Assembly (NCBI GenBank): GCA_903889905.1
Contig: CAISZI010000047.1
Coordinates: 80,096-144,095, forward strand
DNA: 64,000 nt
Direction: 5' to 3'
From: Candidatus Wirthbacteria bacterium
GTDB lineage: Bacteria; Patescibacteriota; CG2-30-54-11
The position numbers were made by a program, and so were the translations under genes. The notes below the pieces were generated by a model. It made no database searches. It was not told where the DNA came from and worked only from the letters and a program-made list of their open reading frames with translations. This document shows positions 37,318 through 46,300 of the stretch, piece after piece (the stretch's first letter is position 1; every line of letters begins with the position of its first letter).

Positions 37318-40300
37318 TTACTTGACGGAAGATTTTCGTTTTTTGAGGACGAGGAACAAGCCATAGGCAGCAATCACGGCAAGCACGATCAGGATGACCA
37401 CGCTGAGGTTGGTACCCGTACCAGCCAGGACTGAGACAAAGGGAGCGGTCGTGGTGGCGCTCAGGACCTGAGGTACCGTCACCATGACGGTCGCAGAAGC
37501 ACTCGCCGTCCAGCTGCCAGAAGTCGCCGTGGCAATGTTGGTGTAGTAACCAGCCAGGTTGGCTGACTTGGTCTGATAGGTGACAATGATGTTGTGACCA
37601 GCGGCAAGGTTGAGGCCTGACCAGGTGATGCTACTGGCGGTTGTGTTGACCTGGGGCTCAGCAGCGGTACCGGCGACGTTGGCAGAACCGGCAACATAGG
37701 CAAATCCAGGTGGAAGAATATCTTGCAGAGTGAAAGTAATTGCGGCATTACCATTATTGCTGACAGAAACCGTATAGCTGACATTGTTGCCATGGACAAC
37801 GGTTGTCACATTGGCGGCTTTACTGATCAAGAGCGGATTGGGTGTCGGTTGCGTCGGTGGTGTCACAACGGTCACGGTCGCATGGGCTGTATCGAAGGGA
37901 CTCCCCTGAATGTCGGTGAGCGAAGCCAGGTTGGTATAGGAACCGGCTGCCGCGGGAGCCAAAGTTGTGTATGTAACAATGGCAGTGGTATTGGCGGCCA
38001 GATTAACTCCTTGCCAGACCAGGTAAACTCTACCATTAACGGTTGACTGCTGGGGAACGGCGGCTTGTCCGTTGATCTGCGCCTGACCGGCATAAGTGAA
38101 GCCAGCGGGCAAAAGATCAGTGATGAACAGATTGGTGGCATTTTGGGCAGTGGAATTTTTGAGCGTCAAGGTGTAAGTGATGACCCGGTTGGTGTCGCTA
38201 TCCGTGCTGTTAACCTGGGTTGGGCTGGCCACTTTGGTCAGGGACAGGTTAATCAGTTTGACGGTCGTGGTGTCACCATAAGTGTTGGTCATGGTGAGAT
38301 CACCATTGGCTGGCCAGGTGCTGAAGTCTTTGACAGTAACTTCGAAGCGACGGGTAACCGTGGCATTGGCGGCAAGGTCGGCAGCGGCCCAGCTGATCTT
38401 TTCGATCACACCATCTTGATTGACATCGGTCGTTGTGAAGGCAGGATCGGTGGTGACGACTTTGCTAAAGTTGCCGGCATAACGCGTCAGATTGGAGACA
38501 TCATCGGTAAAGACAAAGCCAGGAGCAACGTTGCTGCTGTGATTGATGGCAGTCAGGGTATAGACGAGCTGATCACCGGCGCGCAGGGCGCGATTCACGG
38601 CTCCCCCATCAACGAATGAGACAGCTTTATGCAATTCAATGGAACCAACTGGAACCTGGGTCTGGTTTCCAAAAACGTTGCTCATGATGAAGTTGCCGGT
38701 GGTGGGCAGCGGATTTTTGACCTGGACCTGGAAGGTGCGAGACGCTGAACTTCCGGCATTGATTGTGCCGATCGTGGGCCAGACCACGGAATTATTGACC
38801 AGAGTACCACCGTCGGAAGCGGTTTTGAAGTCGGCATAGGTCAGCACATTGCTGATCTCATCCATGAATTTGTAATTGACGGCTGTGCCATCACCTGAGT
38901 TGCTGACTTTAAGGGTGTAGGTAACGATATCGCCAGCCTGGGCTGTGCTCGATTGGGCATCTTTGTTCTGTGTGGTGTTGAAAGCGGATTTGGACAGGAC
39001 CAGATTGCTCAGCGGGACATGGATGGTGATGGTTGTTTCACCATGATATTCCTGATTCTGAAAGGTGAAGGAAGCGACGTTTTTGACCAGATCGCCTTCT
39101 TTGAACCCATCGGCTTTGAGCACGGCATCCAGCGTAAAGACTTCGGCATTGTTTTCGGAGGTGCCGGCTTTGACGGTGATTTGCTGAGTCTGATAGTCAG
39201 TGCCAATGTATTTGGTACCATTATTGTCAGCATCCTGATTGAGTACGCCGATTGAAGCATACTGGGTGGCGTCAAGCACATCATTGACTGTAAGCGACAA
39301 GTCGCCGTTGCCCTCGTTCCAGACCAGGACTTTGTATTCAACCGTAGCGCCGGGGATGGCATTGACTTTGTCAAAGAAATTTTTGCCATCGAGGCTGACG
39401 TATTTCTTGATCGCGGGTTTGGGTGACAGGACAACGTTGACTTTGACGATGTTGCTGGGGACATTATTGGCCCAAACCTGGTTGGTGAGGCTCATGGAAT
39501 TGCCGGGGAACGGCGATTTGACCACCGCCTGAATGGTGAAGGATTCAGTCTGACCGACATCGAGGTTGGTGAGGGTCATGTTGTCCCAGCTGCCCACAAA
39601 CGCTTTGCCATCGGCATCGCTGTCGGCGTTATTCACGCCAATGTTGGTGAAGTAGGTGTCGCGGCCCTGCAGGGTGTCGGTGACGTTAACGGAAGGAATG
39701 GCGACATAACCATTGTTGATAACTTCAATTTTGTACTGGAGTTGATCGCCAGGAGCGGCAGTTACATTGTCCACCACCCAACCGGAATTGGTAGTGAGAT
39801 TGCGGACATATTTGGTGACCTGCAGGCTGGGGGTCAGGCTGACTTTGACCACGGCTTTGTCTTCGGCCAGCACATTGAGGGTACGGGTCTGCAAAGCGCG
39901 GGCAATGTTTTCGTTGCTGGTTTCGTTTTGATAGAAACTGGGACGGATCTGTGCTTCGATCAAGTAGGTGCAACCCGTGCACATATTGGCAGGATTGGTG
40001 GCGTCAGAACTACCGGCTGGCACAAGAAGCCCCTGAACAAGCGCGATGGTGCTGTCATGATAGGTGGAAGCAAAGTAGGTGGCAGTCAGCACGTCGCCAG
40101 TATTGGTGTGTTTGTAGACTTTGAGCTGATCATAGATGCGTTGGGGTGAGGTGAAGTCAACCACGTCGGACAGGTTCACGGTTTCGCCCAGCTGGCCGGG
40201 ATTGGAAACCACGACGCGATAGGTGACCCAGGTGTCGTTGGACGTGTGATCCAGAAGCAAAGTTTTGGTCCAGGCATTGCCGGAAGCAATCTTGCCTTCT

Positions 40301-43300
40301 TTGACATCTTTGGTGATCTGGACGTTGGCCGCTTTGACAGCATTGACGTTCACGATCGCGGTCGACGTATCCTGGAGTTCGGCACCGATCAAGACTTGGG
40401 CCGTATTGGTGAACTGCGTGTCAGTTTTGACCGAGGGTGCTTTGGCGCCAATGGAAATGATGATTGATCCACCTTTGACCAATTTGAAGCCGTCATTGTT
40501 GTTGGGCCAGACATAGGTGGTGCTGTTGTAGGAACTGTTGTAACTGCTTACCGGGGTCATCAATAACTGGCTGGTGACATTGCCGCTGCCGTCTTTGATG
40601 GTGATTTCGGCGCGTTTCACTACTTGTGAGTTACCAATCTGTTCCATCATTGCGGTGAAGCCAGGTGGCAGGACATCTTTGACAAAGACGTTGGTCTCGT
40701 CGCGTCCGCCATTGTTATTCACTTTGATTGTCCAATCGGTTTCGCTCAAACTTTCAACGGTCTGGTTGCTGGGCGATTTGAGGATGCTGAGGGAAGTGGT
40801 GGGTAGCGGTTCTACCATAACCGTGGCTTCGGCAATATTGCTTTGTCCGCCAATGAATTTGGCCTGGGCACGATTGATGTAGGACGTTGCGACGGTTGGA
40901 TTGACGTTAACGAGGGCGTTGAAGACGATCTGGATCTGCTGGGACTGATTGGGTGCCAGGTTGATGGCATGGCCATAATTGTCCTTGGTCCACCAGAGTT
41001 CAACGGTCTTGGCGGGATCAAGTGCGGTGCAGCTGTATGACTGGTTGACTTTGTCCCAGGCGCAGGGGCCGGTAGGGTGTTGCTGCGTGATGCCAGAGGT
41101 AACACCTGCATAGGTAAACAAGGGGCCACTCGCGTCCTGTGGCAAGAAGTCGACGATGGCGACGTTATTGGCTGTGTGATTACCGTAGTTGGTGGCGGTG
41201 ATGGTGAATTTGATCTGTTGACCAAAACTGGTGGTCTGGGAATCAACAACTTTGGTAACCCGCACATCAGGTGAAACAATTTTGACCGTGATGGTATCGC
41301 CATAAGTGTTGGTCATAGTGTTGTCATGGTTGGTCTGGATATCGCCAGCTTTGACATAAAAGATGTAGCTGATCGTCTGACCGGGAGCAATATCAGGATT
41401 GTTGCCTTTGACCAGGGTGAGCTCCGAGCCGCTGCCCTGGATTACGCCTTCGCCCAGTTTGACGTTTTCGCTTTCGGTCCAGGGGCTGTTCACGTCATCC
41501 ATGACCTGGGAAATATTGTCGCTGAAGATAAAGCCGTGCATGGGTGCGCTGCCGGTATTGGTGGCGGTCAAGGTGTACTTGATCCAGTCGCCGGGATTGG
41601 CGGGGTTGGTTTCAGGATCCATTTCACGATCGGGTGTTTCGATCCAGGCATATTTGTGGAGCACAATATTGGGATTGGCGTTGATATTGAGCACCGCACT
41701 GGATTGTTTGACTTTGCTGCCATAGGCGACCTGGGCCATGTTGTTGACAATGGTCGTGCCGGACTGGAGCATATCGGCTTTGACTTTGGCCGTCAGGGTA
41801 TAAGTAATGCTGGAACCAGGCGCAAAGTTCACGTTACCCGTGCTGCTCAAAACAATCGGATTCGGGATTGGCTGGGTGTAGGTGTGGGTGTAGTTATTGG
41901 GACCGCTTACGGTGATGGAATCAAACACCGAGACATCGGGGTTGCCATTGATGGACATGAGGTCGGTAACAGCGCCCGTTTCGGGTGCGGTGCCAGAGTT
42001 ACCCACCTTGATCTGGTAGTAAGCGGTGTCGCCAGCTGAGACGAGAGCGCTGCCGCTATTCGTGCTCCAGCTCGGGCTGCTGCTGACGAATTTATTGATC
42101 CACATGTCAGAATCGACAACGATGTCACTGTCCACGGCGTGGTTGTTGGCGGGATTGACATCACGGGGAGAGGCATTGATGACATCGGCCAGATTGTCGA
42201 TGGAAGTTCCGGCCGTGACAGAAGATTTGAGTTTGATCGTGACTTGTGCAGTTGCGGTCTGGCCCAAAGGCAGATCAAAGGCTGACCAGAGGATCTGGCC
42301 GTTGGTATTGCTGACTACAGGATAAGAATGCGTCCCCAATGTAATGCTGGTAGCAGTCGCTGTATCCAGAAGGGAAGCGGCAGGAAGTGTGTCGGTCAGG
42401 ACAACGCCCAGGGCGGTCGTGGTACCATTGGAACCATCGTTGGTGATCGCAAGGGTATAAGTCGTGCTCGCGCCGGGAAGCAATGTCGTGACGCCGTCGT
42501 CTTTGGTGACTTTGACGTCCACGCGGGGCGAACTGACATAAACCACGGCGCTGGAGGAGCCAATCAATTTATCGTTGATCGATGCCGTAGCGGTATTGGT
42601 GTAACCAGTCGTCAAACTTTCGGCAATCGCGGCAGGAACATTAACCGGATAATTAATCGTCAGGGATGAACCAGCGGGCAGAAAGGAAGGAGTGCCGCAA
42701 GTCCAGGTGACGCTCTGGCCGCTCACGTTGGTGGCGCAGATCACGGTGGTGCTGCCGACTTTGGCAACGGTGCTGCCATCCACATAACTAAAGACATGGC
42801 CATTGCTGTCCTGGGGCAGGTTGTCGGTGACGATAACCTTGTCGCCGGCAACGTTGCTGGTGCTGTTGTTGGTCACGGTCACAGAGTAGTTCAAGACTTT
42901 GGCGTGGACGGTATCGGTATCCATCTGATAGCTGCTCGTTCCCTCTACAAGCTTGTTGATCTTGCCGGAAAGGCGAGTACCCACGTCAACCCAGGCACAG
43001 CTGACACCAGGGATCGCGTGAACATCACTGCCGTCTATAACCACCGTCGAGGCACAGTTCTGAAGACCATGACTGCCCGTTCCTGGTGGCTGGCTGGCGC
43101 TTACCTTGGTGCCGAAATAAAAAGTTACATTATGCCCGCTGAAATTGCTCGGTTGCACTACCCATTCCACCGTCGTGTCATGTTTAACCGTTTCCGCTAA
43201 ACTCACACCCGATGTCACAATTTGTCCCAAACCGCCATAGCTTGTGTTGGCTGGTAAAAGATCCGAAATCAATAAGCCGCCGAGTCCGACGGAACCTATT

Positions 43301-46300
43301 TCGGTAACACTAATCTTCCAGATCGCGTTATCACCAGGCATGACCAACGGATTAACTGCTGTTTTGGTAATCACGATATCCCGTACCGGGACATTAACGG
43401 TCTTGCCCTGAAACGAATTGGTCATCACATAGTTTGACGTACAATTCAGGCCGGCGCCAACCCCAGTGCTGATGGAACAAACTGGCCAGGTATCGGATGT
43501 GTTGATCACGACCACGAAGGATTCGGTAATCGTCTGTCCGGCGGGTATGGTTTTGGTTCCCCAACTGATCGTATTGCCATTAACGGTGCCATTATCCGAA
43601 ATTGACAATATGTGCGCGAATTGGAGAACACCGCCAATGTCGTCACTGAAGACAAAATTGGGATAATCTGCTTTACCTGTGGTCTCGGTGACGGTTAAGG
43701 TGTACTGCACCGGATAATAGGGATAAAGCGGATGATCTGCGCCGGCGATAATGGTTGAATTGGGCAGTGTTGCCGTTTTGTTAAAGCTGAGGTTGGGAAC
43801 GAAGTGGCTGACATAAACCACAGCGCTGGCTGAACCAACGGATTTGGTGACAGTGGAAGTACTGATCGTTGCCGTGGCGGTATTGGTGTAGCCAACTGTC
43901 AGGTTATTGGCAATCGCGGCAGGCACGCTGACCTGATAATTAATCGTCAGGGTAGCTCCAGCGGGCAGAAAAGAAGGAGTTCCGCAAGTCCAGGTGACGC
44001 TCTGGCCGCTCACGTTGGTGGCGCAGATCACGGTGGTGCTGCCGACTTTGGCAACGGTGCTGCCATCCACATAACTGAAGACCTGGCCATTGCTGTCCTG
44101 GGGCAGGTTGTCGGTGACGATAACTTTGTCGCCGGCAACGTTGCTGCTGCTGTTGTTGGTCACGGTCACGGCATAGTTCAACACTTTGGCGTGGACAGTG
44201 TCCATTTCTATCTGATCACTGCTCTGGCCTTCAACTTGCTTGGTTATGTTTCCTGTCAATCTGGTGCCAACGCCCACTTTGGCGCAGCTTTGGTTGGAGG
44301 TATAGCCATCGTCCGCAACCACGGCGCAGTTCTGGAGGCCGTTCGTCTGCACCACGGGAGGCTGACTGGCATTCACTTTGGTGGCAAAGAAGAAACTAAC
44401 GCTCTGCCCGCTGTAGGTGCTCGGCGCAACCGTCCAGGTGACGGTGTTGTGGGCGGCATCCAGGGATTCACTCAGTGAAATATTGGGTGTCACAATCTGA
44501 CCGAGCATGGCATAAGTCGTGCCAACGGGGAAAGTATCTTTGATCTGCGCGCCGCCCATGCCCATATTTCCGATTTCTGTGGCGGTGATTTTCCAGATGG
44601 CGTTGTCGCCAGACAGGACCGTGGGGTTGACCACGGTTTTGACAATGACCAGGTCACGCAGTGGCACATTGACTGTGACACCGTGGAAATTATTGGTCAT
44701 GACAAAACTGGAGGTGCAGCTCGTGCCGCAACCAACCCAGGTATTGGAAGGATTGACAACGACTTTGAATGTTTCGGTCATGGTCTGACCAGCCGTAATC
44801 GTGCCGCTGCCCCAGCTGATTGTGGTTCCAGCCACAGTGCCGGTCGGTGAAATGGCGGTTACGTTGGCGTATTTGAGGATATTGCTGATGTCATCGCTAA
44901 AGTCAAAGTTGGAATAATCCGCCTTACCTGTGGTTTCGCTCACGGTCAAGGTATAGAGCACGGTGTCGCCGGGGTAAGCGGGATGCAAGGCATCGGGTGT
45001 ACCGGTTTTGCCACCCGCAAATTGCGCTGTTTTGTTAAAGCTGAGGCTGGGGACGTAGTGATTGACATAAACATTGGCCGAATCCGTGGCGGTTTTGGTG
45101 ATGGAAGCGTAGCTGCCAGTGGCGGTCACAATGTTGTAAATGTCGGCGGTGACATTGAGTTTGACTTTGGTATAAGACTTGAAAGCACCATTGGTCAGAT
45201 TAAAAGTCGGAGCACTGTCAAGGTTGCCCAACTGGTCGTCAATAACGGAAACATTTGTCAGGGGTACGTTCCCGTTATTGGTAACTGTGTAACAATAGGT
45301 GACGGCTGTGCCGGAATCCACATGAACTTGTTTGACGAGTTGGCCATTTGCATCCAGTGGGCAGGAGGAAACACTACCCACGGCCACAGTTTTGACCACT
45401 GTGATCGAGGGTGCCGGGGAAACGGTGACACAGACAAAGGCTTTGTCAGTCGCCGACAAATTGCGGGCATTGCTTGTGCCAGGAATGGTAAAGGTGGTGG
45501 TGGCGGTGACAACGTTTTTGATCACCTGAGGACTCACGTTCATGGTCTGCGATTTGCTCAAGGGCTGGCTGGCACCTGCGGCAAGGGAGGCGATGGTGCC
45601 GATATTGCCCAGTTTGTCATCGTTCACCAGGACGTTGGTCAGGGTGACGTTGCCAGGATTGGTGACCTGATAGCAGTAAGTGACGGTTGAACCTTGAATG
45701 ATATTAAACGGATTATTGACGTCAGTCGCTATGCCAGGGCACTGGCCATTGTTGGAAACGGTTTTGACGATCGAAAGCTGAGGATTATCAACAATGATAC
45801 TGGCCGAAGCAGTCACTGTGCCATTGTTGTCGGCAACAGCAGTCGCGGTATTGGTGTAGGAATCGTTGTGCGTTGCGCCGGCGGTGCTTGCATTACCGGT
45901 TACGGTCACGGTACGGCTGCTATTGGGATTAACGTCGCCGAAGTTGCAGCTGATCGCATTACCCGTGCCCGAACAGGCGCCAGAATAGTTTGTGTTCGTA
46001 AACTGGCTGGGAATCGTGTCGGTCAAAACCACGTTATGGGCCAACCCCAGACCATTATTGGTGAGGGTGATTGTAAACTGGATGGCGTCGTTCAAGAAAA
46101 CTTCAGGAGTCGAAGTCGTTTTGGTAATGGCGAGAATAGGAATCAAGACGTGAACATTGGCGGTAGCTTGAATTTCACTGACCTGGTCAGCATGGGTTCT
46201 GGCAACGTTGGTGGAATCCTGTGCAACGCTGGCTTTACCTGTAACCGTGATGGTATGGCTGGTTCCGGCATTCATACTACCAAAATTGCAAATCACTGAA